The notes under the pieces were generated by a model. The model was not told where the DNA came from, made no database searches, and saw only the letters and a program-made list of their open reading frames with translations. A DNA stretch of 50,305 bases, counting the filler, from Jimgerdemannia flammicorona (lineage: Eukaryota), in the NCBI GenBank assembly GCA_003990765.1. It is 2 parts of 2 records of this genome, joined end to end, with 100 filler letters (N's around TTAATTAATTAA, not from the genome) between each part and the next. Parts side by side here need not be neighbours in the genome. Positions count along the whole stretch, not along the records: positions 1 to 25,103 come from RBNJ01000882.1; 1 more part is not named here. One strand, 5' to 3'. The position numbers and the translations under genes are program-made. Position 1 is the first letter of the stretch, and the number at the start of each line of letters is the position of its first letter. Shown here piece by piece: positions 1 to 11,720 of the stretch.

Positions 1-445
1 CACCGATCCGACACCGATAAAGGGGCAACTCATCACCATTGCCCTCCTCCCACCATGCCCCTGCAGGCACAGCAAACCAACCCGAGGTAGAGGGGGTAAT
101 ATTAGGGGAAAGGGGACTCGGAAGGTCACCTACCAAACCTTGTGACTGGTAAGGTAGCGGAGAAAGGAGCAACTATAATGAGTATCTCTTAGATAGTATA
201 AGAATGTCTTTTTAGCAGTAATTTTTTTAATATAATTCAATTTATCTTATAATTTTCAGACTTATGAAATTTCAAAAATTTGCAGCCAAATTTGGCTCTA
301 AGGGATAGGTGTGGTGCACTATACTTCTTGCATAGGTCTCAGCTTGCATAGTACGGTTTCAGGTTTGTTCCACAAGGCTTAATTTGGGGACGCGTCGGTT
401 TCAAAACACGTAACCCACCAAAACTGTATTTCGCCACTCTTCCCC

Positions 446-1567
446 ATGGCCATAGCATACAGACGCAGCAATATCCACTACTACGACGATGGAGACGTGG
501 CGCTCGTTTGCCCATCAAACCGTGACGACGAAGACGAAGACTACAAAGTCGACGAAGTCGACGAAGACGACGAAGACGACGAAGACTGCGAAGTCGACGA
601 AGTCGACGAAGACGACGAAGATGGCGAAGACGACGAAGACTTCATGGAAGCCATCATGGAAGACAACGTCGAAGGGGATGTAGACGACGGGAACGGAGAA
701 GTGGCGTTCGTTCGTCCATCGACCATCTTCAAGGTTCACGGCACCGTCTTGAGGCTGGCTTCTTCGTACTTTAACGCAAGGTTGAGCGCTACCTGGAGCT
801 CGGAGTCAAGACAGCTTTTGATAAAAGAAGACGAAAGCGAAGATTCGGAACAGTTCTCCATCGCAAAGGATTTCCAAGAGTGTCAACATCACATTTTCCT
901 TGACGACGAGGAGGACGACGACGAAATCGCCTTGCTCGTCACCTTAATCTATCCAGTCGAACGCATCCTTATCTCCTGGGACAACGTGATTATTATCCTG
1001 CGCCTAGCCGACAAATACCTGGTGGCCAAAGCCCGGCAAACCGCGGTGGATTTCCTCATGGCCAACTATAGCGAGGAGCCCATAACGTCTCTGCGTTTGG
1101 CGGAGACGTACAATTTTCCCGAGATATTCAAGAAGTCGTCTACGCACATTATCAATAACGTCTGCGCCTATAAGCAGCACCCTGGGTTCGACGATCTGAG
1201 CGATCGCACGCGGCGTAAGCTATTTCAAGCGCGTCTCGAGCTTTCCGAGTGCATGCCAACAAGTTTCCCGTTTTTAGTGCCAGCAAACTACCGGTCGTCT
1301 AGCTGCAGGGAATGCAATTATTCGGAGGAGGTTCTCAAAGCGCTTGTACAGGCGCTACGGGATCCCACATCAGATTTTTTGATAGGACTGAGAGACATTC
1401 TAAAGTCCGGCAACAATCTGAGGCACAGCGTTTGCATGATGAAGTTGCGTGGTATTCTTGAGCAGTTCGTTGCGGACCGCTTTGGCGCGGCATGCCCGAC
1501 TTTGGCAACGTTGGAATCGATGAAGGGATTCTCGATCGAGCTCGACCATAATCTTTACGCACTATAG
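446..1567 (+). CDS. BTB/POZ-domain protein (intronless, copy 1) with acidic low-complexity insertion
   Basis: 373-aa ORF; YYDDGDVAL...FKVHGTVLRLASSYFNARL...LRLADKYLV is a typical fungal BTB fold signature; clear paralog at 13731-14690. Confidence 0.85.
   Translation: MAIAYRRSNIHYYDDGDVALVCPSNRDDEDEDYKVDEVDEDDEDDEDCEVDEVDEDDEDGEDDEDFMEAIMEDNVEGDVDDGNGEVAFVRPSTIFKVHGTVLRLASSYFNARLSATWSSESRQLLIKEDESEDSEQFSIAKDFQECQHHIFLDDEEDDDEIALLVTLIYPVERILISWDNVIIILRLADKYLVAKARQTAVDFLMANYSEEPITSLRLAETYNFPEIFKKSSTHIINNVCAYKQHPGFDDLSDRTRRKLFQARLELSECMPTSFPFLVPANYRSSSCRECNYSEEVLKALVQALRDPTSDFLIGLRDILKSGNNLRHSVCMMKLRGILEQFVADRFGAACPTLATLESMKGFSIELDHNLYAL
523..640 (+). repeat. GACGACGAA/GTCGACGAA 9-bp coding repeat (Asp/Glu tract)
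   Basis: Tandem gacgaagac/gtcgacgaa units encoding DDEDEDYKVDEVDEDDEDDEDCEVDEVDEDDED. Confidence 0.85.
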
Positions 1568-2839
1568 GCACACCCAAAGGGCCCCGCCTAGTGTTCTATC
1601 AAATATCTTTTGTAGCATTTATGGCATAAATTATGCTTGTCAGTATGTTTCTCTGATCTATATATCCCAATCTGACATCTTTATAGATTGAATGTCATGC
1701 ATTGGGATAAACAATGGGTACCTCGAAACGTACGCGCCAGTCAAAGATGGGCTTGTTGAGATATTCCTTTTTTTTCTCTCTCTTTTTTCTTTTGTATGTG
1801 CGTGTTTTTCCAATCACCCTTAGCCCCTTTCATTCTGTCCAACCACTATCACCCTCTTCAATATATCAAACTAAAAGAGGTATTCAACAGAGGTAAGGGG
1901 CACGCGGGTCCAAATTGCTAGAAATGATCGTCTTTGCGATGAACATGAGAATCATAGGGAGAAGCGTGGGTTCGGTTTGTTGGTTGACGATGGACTGTTT
2001 GTGGTGGTTTACGAAAGGCGTGGACCTTAGTTTTGTGGAAAAAAAAAAAAACCTCCCAGCCGCTCAACGTGCTAATTGGGTTTCAAAATCCATCTAGTCT
2101 GTCAACGATTGTAGAATCGGTAACATAAAAGATGGTGCCCGCTAGAAATAACCCGAGATTATACCACCCAGAAATGATTTGAAATTATAACTCGGAAATG
2201 ATCCGGAATTACATCAGCCGGAAAAGACCTAGGACTACATCAGCCGAAACCAACTTCTTTAAAACCATACAACTACAACTTGCATCAAAATCATTACCAA
2301 TTGCTTCAGGACAATAATACCATCATCAAACCATTTAGCAACTGTTTCGTAGCTAAATATCCCTCGTATCATATTTGTAAACGTAGGTGGGCTGGTTTCA
2401 TTTAAATATATATGAAACCGATTGTATAGGCTCGTGGTAATTAAATCTATTTATGCAGGAGTGCTTAATGACAGATATATTATAGTAATGGATTTTATCT
2501 GTAATAGCTTTAGAGAATGCTTTTTATGGTAACGTTATGCAGGGACCGGTTGTCATGTGACCCTGACCCTGACCCAAATGGTTATCTTTTGAGCTGCGCG
2601 ACATCTAGAAATTATTTCTACAACGGCTTTCGTAGAATGGATGTAACGGAAGATAAATAAAAATTATATACAGTAATGATGTCTGACGATTGCCTACGTA
2701 CGGAAAGCTAATTTACCATACAAGATAAAATGTCCAATCCATTTGTTACACCAAAACAGCAGTAGCAAAATAATAATATAATAACAATATCGAATTTACG
2801 TAAAACTCTATCTCACGCCTCGACTCTAGCCCTACCCAC

Positions 2840-4052
2840 TCATGCCATTTTTCTCAATAAATCAAACTTCCCCACCAAATTCTCGATGGATTTTGCAATA
2901 ACCGCAGCATTTCCTCTCTGATACCCTCCACTCAATACCATGACAATTGGGCACCGCGCGACCTCCCTGGCCATACGAAACACCATCTCGTCCCGGGCGA
3001 CAATGCCATCGGCGCTTAGCATCATATGCCCAAGCGGGTCTCCACGCATACAGTCCGTACCTGCGTTGTATAAGATAAAGTCAGGGTGGAATGACGCGAT
3101 CGCGTCACGGAGAGCTGCGGATACCTTCGCTACATAGCGGGGCTCGGTCGTCTCGTAGGAGTAGGAGGTTACGGGGAGTGAGGTCGAGATCGCGCGAAGG
3201 ACCGCGGTGTCGTTTGGGAAGATGCGGCTGTTGAAGCAGTCGAGGATATGCACACGATTATCGTGCATGAAGTCACGCTCATGGCCATTTCCCTGTGGGT
3301 GGAAGAGGTGAGTTCAAATTTACCATAATGGAATTGACGCACACACACAAAGCATCAAAACCACAAACCTGATGCGCGTCCAGATCGATAATCATGACCT
3401 TCTTAACCCTCTTCTCAGGTGGCACGCCCTCTAGCACATGCTTCACCGCCATCGATATGTCCGCATAAACACAGAACCCTCCTCCCCCACCCCAACTCGC
3501 ATGATGAAACCCGCCCCCAAGATTGATTGCCCACCCCTCTGCCAACGCCAGCTCGGCAGCCATCTTGGACCCGCCAGTGGCCAACAGCATCGGATCTAGG
3601 ACGCGGGTCCGCACCCACGATATGGGAAGTAGTGCTAGGAAAGGTATTTCGAGGATTTGTGCTATAACCGTAGGATTTTCGAGATTGTCTAGGTACGTCT
3701 TCGAATGCGTCAGGCCCAGGTCTGTGGACGTTGGTGGTTCAGGCGTGTGGAATTGCGTATGGTGCAAGAGAGGAGGAAGGCGCGCCATACTGAACAGGGA
3801 GGAGAGAGTGCCAAACCCCGTTTCCCGTGGAATGCGGCGAGGTGCAGTCAGCCGATCGTGCACACGGCGGTACTTTTGGCTGTCGAATGGGTGTAGGAAC
3901 TCGAGACCGAAGAAGGTGATGTTGTAGTCTGGCGAGTACACGATCGGGACCTTGGGTAGGGGGGATATATGTGAGAACATGTAGGACATTGATCCTTTTT
4001 TCTTTTTCCGGCCTTTTTGTTGTTTGAGGGCGTTTGTTGGGGTTTGACTCAT
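2840..4052 (-). CDS. HDAC11: Histone deacetylase, class IV (HDAC11-like); intron 3293-3368; start codon uncertain
   Basis: PIVYSPDYNITFFGLEFLHPFDSQKY, GWAINLGGGFHH, GGGFCVYADI, IIDLDAHQ|GNGHERDF across a GT-AG intron, YNAGTD, VMVLSGGY. Confidence 0.9.
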
Positions 4053-4641
4053 GGGAAACGGGACATCGGGCCACCGCTTTATGCGGCTGCGCACGATGGT
4101 GCGTCTCACATGCCGAGCTGAGCCACCGTCCCGATTGCGAGATATGGGTGTTCGATGAAGTCTCCTTTCGGACCTGCTCAGGTGGTCCAGTGTTACGAAC
4201 TACGCCGTCGTTTAATCGTACCGTTTTTTTTTTTTTTTTTTTTTTCGCAACCGAGTGCTTGCCTTTGACGACGCACTACGCATATTAATTGAAGTTTGAA
4301 TAAGTCACGATTAATATATGCGCACTTATCATTAAGTCGTTTCTTGGCATTGGCCACGTCGACGACTGGCGCCCATTAATTGGAGAGCACGCGCCATACC
4401 GGATGGGACGACCGCATCCATAACAGGAAGGCACCGCGAGTGGATCAGGGTGGGTAGATGCCGAAGAAGGGGAGCCATGCGGCTATCATGATGAGAATGA
4501 ACCAGAAAACGGGTAGGGAGGGCCACGTGCAGGACCATATGGATTTTGGTTCAGGTCCAATCGTCACGCTGTGGCTTACCCCCTCGCCCTGTGGCTTATC
4601 CTATTTCCTAATAAATTTTCATTATCTTCCCCTCCCCACCC

Positions 4642-4854
4642 ATGTCCTCGCAAACGAAATACCAGATCCCGCCGCTCCGCACGGTCATCGAATCCACCAC
4701 TCCGCTCTCGGCACACATGGCCACGGCGCAGCTCGAACGGTTTCTGCACGAGAGTCCCGCCGTGCATTCAGCGCATAACACCTTTATCGCGCAGCTAGAG
4801 TCCTTGTACGAGGCGCTTAAGGCGGAGGGAAAGACGAGGAGGAGGGGCGAGTAA
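4642..4854 (+). CDS. 70-aa protein, possibly RNA polymerase I subunit A14-like
   Basis: ATG after a pyrimidine-rich leader (ccccacccATG), GC-rich coding-like codons; PPLRTVIESTTPLS..A...LERFL...AQLESLYEALK resembles the Rpa14 layout as recalled (not searched). Confidence 0.5.
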   Translation: MSSQTKYQIPPLRTVIESTTPLSAHMATAQLERFLHESPAVHSAHNTFIAQLESLYEALKAEGKTRRRGE

Positions 4855-5214
4855 GCAGGAGTGTGGTGAGATGTGGTGGTGACAGCGAGGGCTATCGATG
4901 GACGAGGGGTGAACATGCCGCATCCTAATCGAATATGATTGTGTTCATTGTATTGCGAACGTACACACACACAACCTTCCCTCTCGGAATCACATATAAA
5001 TAGAATTCATGTATTGAGTGGCCTCATGCATGTTCCCATTGGGAAGAGGCGCTATCTCACATTTTAAAGCGTGACAAATCAATATACCCACTTCTCCATT
5101 GATCAGTGATTCTAATTTAAAACATTTGATTGCTATGCATTGAACTGTTCCTTTTAACTCCAGCCCAACATGGTCTTTATTGGGACCCACTCAATGGTCT
5201 GTCCATTGTCCTCA

Positions 5215-7551
5215 TCACACAGTCGTGGCCCGTACCTCCTCTGCCTCCCCTCCGCGTGCGTCGTCGCTTGGGACCTCGGGTTCGATGCCCATCGCGTACC
5301 TCATGATCTCAGCCTGCGACGTGGAACGGACAAGGGACGAACGGGAAGAGTCAAATCGTCTCAACGAAAAAAATCTCGCGTCAATTAATTCCGAAACAAC
5401 AGACACAACACTCCCCTCCAAGACAACTTGACTCCCTAAACACCCAAATACGCACCTTCAGGAACCCCAACGAATCAACCCCATTCAGCCCGACGCTCCT
5501 CGCCCACACGACGGGCGCAAACTCGGTTTCGAACAAACGGTGCAGCTTGTCGACGGCGCCGAGCATCGCTAGGCTCCGCGCGTACCGCTGAGAGGAGTAG
5601 CCGCTCAGGAGATGGTGCGTACCAATGTCGCCCCCGTTCAGAAAGCCGTCCTCCAGAACCGAGGCCAGGCATTGCACGTCTAGAAGCCCCTGGTTCAGGC
5701 CTTGCCCGGCGAGGGGATGCATCGCGTGTGCGGCGTCGCTGGGTTCGTGTGAAGAAGATCGGTGAGTGGGCGAAACACAGATCGGTCGCTACGATCCGAA
5801 GAAACGGCCAAAATATAACCTCTTCCCTCTCCTTTCCCCGAAAAATCACTCACCCAACAAGCACGACTCTCTTTCCAACATATCTCTCCGCGTTCCTCAT
5901 CCGCAATGGGAATACCGCCCTGCTCCCGTCCGCCACGTCCGTCACCAGAGGCGGCACCGCCATCTCCCTCTCCCACCGCGCGGACTCATCCATTCCGCGC
6001 GTTTCCACCTCCTCGCGCCACGCGAGCTCGGCTCCGAAGTCCACCGGCGCACCCTGGTTCACGGCGTCTGTCTGCGAGAGAAGGTAGCGCAGGTCAGGCA
6101 TCGAGGAACGGAAGGCTACGTTTATGAGGGAAGTGAATGCGGAGGGAGGGAGCGTGCGGAGAGCGGAGGCGAGGCGCGGGGTCGTGGACCATACTAGGGA
6201 GGAATGGCCTGGGCCGAGCTGGCGAGGCGAAGGGGGAGAGATCGTGTCAGTACAAGGGTCGACCTCCAGCCGGGAGTCCACATCGTAATCGGTCACCATT
6301 CACCCACCAAACTGTACCGGCAGTATGGCGATGGGCCCGGTGGGCAGGAACCGCTGCCAGGCGGTCCCATTATCTCGTGCCTCGTCCACCCGCAGCGTGG
6401 CCACCACGCCGTGGCGGTCGTAATCCCAGCCCAACGAGTCGATCCCGGCGAAGGTCCGCACGGGCGAGTTGACACCGTCGGCGCCGACCTATTTGGGAAA
6501 GAATGGGGGGGAAGGAGTGCGGAGATGGCGTTACGCCAAGGTTGTTATACTGTTACAAGGAGCACAAAGCCAAGGCGGAAATGACATACGCACCAGCAAC
6601 CGCGTCCGCAACGTCCTCCCATTATCCAGCCTCACGATAGGCCATTCCGAAAGATCGAGCCCCTCCTCTCCACCTTCCCCTACCGCCTCTCCCTTCGTAA
6701 TCCCCTTAACCTTGGTCGCCGCGAATACGTCGCACTTGGCACCCTCACCGCGCAGCTCGTCCAGCTGGCGCAGAATCCCGCGCTGCAGATTCAGGTTCTC
6801 GACCATCCATGCAATCGCGGGAGCACCCGGAGTCACAGTCGTTGCGCTGGGACTTGAACCGAAGAAGGACAGGGAAGTGGTGTAGGTGTGTAGCAGGGAC
6901 GTGTTGAAGGTGATGCGGGCTGAGGTTAAAGCGTCCCAGACCTAAAGTGGGAGAGAAGAGGGTATAGGTTAGCGAATGTAAAAGAAGACGAGAGGGTAGG
7001 ATAAGGTGGGCGGACCTGCATGTCTTGGTAGGGGTGGATCCTATCGTGGAGGAGTTTGTCCCAGACGCCGATTTCTATGTATAGGGAGACATTGTGGAGC
7101 GTGAATATGAATGTGGAAGTAGACTATGCAAGCTGCCAAAGTTCATATGGATCGAAACGGACCACCACCGTGACTTTGATCCATCTGATTGCCGTTCTTG
7201 CCGCCCAAGCCCTCAAAACCACATACCCTTGAAAAATCGATATGAAGCCGGCGTGATCGAGCTGCACCTGTTCGAATACTCGCCCGCCCCCGGCGCCCAC
7301 CCCTCGACTCCCTTCAAGTCCTGTGCCTCGATCAGCGCCACGCGGTGCCGTCTCGATACGGGTGAGCTCGCCAGCGCGCACGCCAGCGCCGTCCCAGCCA
7401 CGCCGCCGCCCACAATAACCACATCATACAGGTTGGTCAGGTCAAGGGTCGGGGCGTGGTGGGAGAGTATGCGACGGGAGACGGCCGGTGGTACTCGTCT
7501 TGCGAGTGGGCGGAGGGCGCGTGAGGAGGTGGTTAGGAGGGGGGTGATCAT
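5215..7551 (-). CDS. COQ6: Ubiquinone biosynthesis FAD monooxygenase, about 7 exons
   Basis: Arg-rich mitochondrial presequence; [72 protein letters not shown]; last exon AEIMRYAMG...stop 5215. Confidence 0.93.
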
Positions 7552-7701
7552 GGTTTGTGGTGGTGGGTCGGATGTGGGATTGGCGAGATAGGCGAGATGG
7601 GGTGCAAGTGGCGCGTTCGCTCACGTGGATTAGTGGCTTGGGAATTAAAGTCTGGGTACCGCACTGGGCCCGACGCGTGTCTTCGTCTCCAACCTACAAA
7701 C
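7552..7701. promoter_or_regulatory. 150-bp divergent (bidirectional) promoter COQ6/RFC4 with MCB-like ACGCGT at 7673-7678
   Basis: Head-to-head ATGs at 7551(-) and 7702(+); ACGCGT and GGCGCG elements upstream of a replication gene. Confidence 0.5.
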
Positions 7702-9396
7702 ATGGCCTCGGCTTCCACACCCTCCAAGCCCGCCACAGACGAACTGAAGGGAAACGTCGATACATTTGAACTTCCCTGGTATGTACCTATTTTAGGTCGA
7801 GAAAACCTCGCAACACGTGCATTGCTCATCTTGGAAAAGTTCTCACCAACGCTTTGCAATTTCCAAAGGGTCGAGAAGTACAGGCCCATCAACCTGAAGG
7901 ACATTGTCGGCAACGAGGACACCGTCAGCCGTCTGGAAGTCATTGCCAGAGAGGGCAACATGCCCAATCTCATCATCACCGTACGTTGCTTGTTTGCTAC
8001 TGGACAGGCCAGACACGCGACGGATTTCTAACAAGCCATGTTTCAATATCTTTGGATTCAAAAGGGCATGCCAGGCATTGGCAAAACGACCAGCGTCCTA
8101 TGCCTGTCACACCAGCTCCTTGGCCCGGCTTTCAAGGAGGGCGTCTTAGAGTTGAACGCGTCAGACGACAGGTAACGTTCGGACATATCATAATTACACG
8201 CCAATGGTTTGTCTAAGATAGAAATCAACATCTCACGGTTTTCCTTTTATCTATTTCTCTCCCGCAGAGGTATTGACGTCGTCCGCAATCGGATCAAAGC
8301 GTTCGCCCAAAAAAAAGTCACTCTCCCTCCGGGCCGTCACAAGATCGTCATCCTCGACGAGGGCGACAGGTGTTGTATCAAATCAACAACCTTTCTTCAT
8401 TTCTCGTCGAACCGATTTTCACTCACCCTCCCCCACCTCCCCCAACAGCATGACCTCGGGCGCGCAGCAGGCCCTCCGCCGAACGATGGAGATCTACTCA
8501 AATACAACTCGGTTCGCCATCGCATGCAACCAGTCCAGCAAGATCATTGAGCCCATCCAGTCCAGGTGCGCCATACTGCGTTACGGGAAGCTCACCGATA
8601 GGCAGGTTGCTAAGAGGCTGCTGGAGATTTGTGAGATCGAGAAGGTGCGTTTTCCACTTCTTTCACTCTCCCCTTCACAATTGCGACAATCGAGTGGGTG
8701 AGGAGAATCGCTTCCTAGGAGATATGGACCAAAAAATTGATTCACCTAGCCCCTCCCCCCTACTAGGTCCCCTTCAACGACGGCGGCATCGAAGCCTTGA
8801 TATTCACGGCGGAGGGAGACATGCGGCAAGCGATCAACAACCTACAATCGACGTACTCCGGGTTCGGCTACGTGAGCGCCGATAACGTCTATAAAGTCTG
8901 CGACCAACCACACCCCGTCGTCGTTAACGGTATCATCGACGGATGCGCCAGGGCCGACGTGGAGGGGGCTCTTGACAAACTTAGAGCACTGTGGTCGGAC
9001 GGCTACTCGGCGCTTGATATCATTACGACACTTTTTAGGGTTGTCAAGGTACACGCCGGGTTGCAGGAGGCGGTGAAGTTGGAGTTTATTAAGGCAAGTT
9101 GGACGGGAAGAGGGTAACTGGTTGGGAGGGGGCTGTCAAAGGGAGTTTGGAATGTATATAATTGATTAATACGCAGAAAGAGTGTGTTCGGTTGAGCATG
9201 GAACAGCTGATCTCAGATGTTGTCGGCATAGTTTCTCACATGTGTCTCATGAGCATCATACCCCGCCCACTCTCTATAGGAGGTTGGCTTCACCCATATG
9301 AAGATTCTCGAAGGCGTCGGCACCCTCATCCAGCTCTCAGGTCTGATCGCCCGCCTCGCAGGGATGGCCATGAAACCCGAGTTGTTCAACGTGTGA
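7702..9396 (+). CDS. RFC4: Replication factor C small subunit (yeast Rfc4 / human RFC2 type); exons about 7702-7778, 7869-7980, 8065-8171, 8268-8369, 8449-8644, 8767-9093, 9280-9396
   Basis: [20 protein letters not shown]alker [56 protein letters not shown]. Confidence 0.95.
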
Positions 9397-10419
9397 AGTC
9401 GATGGGGAGTGTGGGGGTGGCGGGGATGAAATTGCAAATAAGTGGGAAAGGGTTGCAGTGGTGTGGGAGGATCCAAGGATGCTGACGCCGTTCTATGTGC
9501 ACTTAGCGTTCATCTTCTTTTATCAGCTGGTCTTGTGGTCAGCTGCGTGTAATACCTGCATGGCGGAGGGGTGTCTGGGAGGGTTGGTCAATTGGTTTTC
9601 TGTTCGTTATTTTACTTCGTTTGTGTGCACACTTGTAATTGTTGCTTTTGCCGTGCTATCTTGAATATTGTGTCGTTTTTGTGGTTGGCGATGGGAGATC
9701 TTTGGGCTGTCTGGCGGGATAGGGTGGCTTTTTGCTATTATTGAAGAGCACGGTAATCTTCGACCTCGGGGGGCCGTCGACGCTGCTTGCGCGTAGGATG
9801 TGTGGAAGACGGGCAAGTTGGTTGATGTAACCATCGTGGAAAACAATTTGAGTCACTCAGCCTAGCGGACAGTAATTGTTCTCTGTATTATCTTTGATAA
9901 TATCATTGCTAAAAGTAATGTCTTCCTGCACCGTTCACCATCAAACTCCACCTATACATGCCAAACCACATATCCTGGTAATGTCCAAACCCCAAACTCC
10001 AACCTCTTCGTCCACCTGGCAAACCCGTCCGTCTCCAAACACTTCGATGTACCAGCCCTCTCAAAAGCGTAGAACTCCCGCCAACCCAGTCTAGTAGCAC
10101 CACCGTGTCCCGCACGTACCGCATATACCCCACTGACCGCCTGTATGTAGGGCGCCTGTTCCTACTAGTCATTGCGGTCGTAGGGCATCACGATCCCTGC
10201 AGACGGCGTTCGACGTGAAGAAATTGGGCTACAGCCCACCACCCCACACGCGTCTCAACCACGGCACGTCTACGCAACTCCTGCGCCGACTAGCGCTCGC
10301 AACCGGCTCCTGCTTACCACGCTGCGTGGTCAATCCTCCACTACCCACTCACCCAATGTTGAACCGTGTGGACGGGTCGCATGATGGAGCGTCTTTTCTT
10401 TTATATGATCTCTTTTTAA

Positions 10420-11720
10420 AATTGATGTATATTTTATCTAAATATCCTCAGATACTATAATATGTAGATGAAAATATAGCAAACATAGATGTCTATCTTC
10501 TTCTGGCTTTAGATACTGCTATTATAAACTCCTTTCTTCTATATAATAAGATTATGCTCAATGACTCTGGGGTAAATCTTACATATTTATTGCAGATATA
10601 TACTCTTTCAGCATCATTATATAGAAAATTGTGACTAATTGACTATCTTTTGTATTATTAATACTCTATACTCAGAAGTAGTTTATTAAAGTAAAATATA
10701 TTCTTTTGATTTTAGAAAATTAAAAGATTTTTAAAAGTAAGTATTCTTTAGAAATCTGAAAGAGAATTAATACTCAAAAATATTATTTCTAATAGAATAT
10801 ATAGATAACTTTAGAAATAACTATTTATAACTAAACTATATAATATAATAAAAAATATATATTATTATTATAAATTAGTGCTCCGAACGAGTCAATCCGG
10901 ATGGGATTCGAATCCCATCCAGATCAACTCAGATGGATTCGAATCAACCATTGTTTTGATTTCCAAATTAGACAATTAAATGTTTACATCAATAACTCAA
11001 TGAATAATCATCCAAATTTGATGATCTTGGTATCATTTGAAAGCCCTTAATAAGATTTTTCTAATGATACCAAGAACATTAAAATCAGATTATGCATTAT
11101 CAAGATATTTCTATTTGATGAAATTTCTAAAATTGGCAAATCAAATAATTTCTAAAATCAGCAATTCAGATGTTTTCCTTCATAACTCAGCAACATATGA
11201 TCTGATTTTAATATTCTTGATAAATCTTATTAAGAGCTTTCAAATGACATCAAGATCATCAAATTTAGATAATTATTCATTAAGTTATTGATGTAAATAT
11301 TTAATTATCTAATTTGGAAATCAAAACAATGGTTGATTCAAATCCATCTGAATAAGATTTGAATTCCATCCAAGTTGATCTAGATGGGATTCAATCTGAA
11401 TCAATCCAAATTCAATCTAGATTAAATTGACTCATTAGGAGCACTATTATAAATATAATGCTTTTATATCAATATATGTATATTAATTTATTAACTATTA
11501 TTATTATATACTTAATACTAATATAAATATATAAATATTACTTATAAATTAGATTAGATTATAATTTATACATTTACTTATATATTTACTATTTATTTTT
11601 AGAAAATTATATTAATACTAAAGTTATTCTTTATACTATAGTTAAATCTCTAAAGTAAAATATAATACTTATCTAGCTATATATATGTATATATCTATTA
11701 GTTTGTAAATGAGAACATAG
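10420..11720. other. Very AT-rich, CpG-poor island (probable degraded TE) hosting the MITE
   Basis: Abrupt composition switch to TA-rich sequence with almost no CG outside the MITE left end. Confidence 0.55.
10876..11446. mobile_element. Non-autonomous hAT-type MITE/foldback element, 571 bp
   Basis: Termini TAGTGCTCC...GGAGCACTA; long inverted arms (10942-11058 vs 11222-11338); perfect 8-bp TSD TTATAAAT at 10868-10875 and 11447-11454. Confidence 0.9.

Noticed and set aside
2140..2620. Degenerate short repeats (GAAATGATCCGG-like, TGACCC x3)
   Set aside because: Possibly an old DNA-transposon relic, but no TIR or TSD could be defined
2671..2692. ATGATG-T-CTGA mini C/D-like motif
   Set aside because: Antisense to HDAC11 with no stem in register; shows such short motifs can arise by chance
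4488..4494. Box C motif ATGATGA upstream of the small ORF
   Set aside because: No box D or terminal stem at a suitable distance
9480..10410. Several short ORFs downstream of RFC4
   Set aside because: No recognisable domain or consistent exon structure
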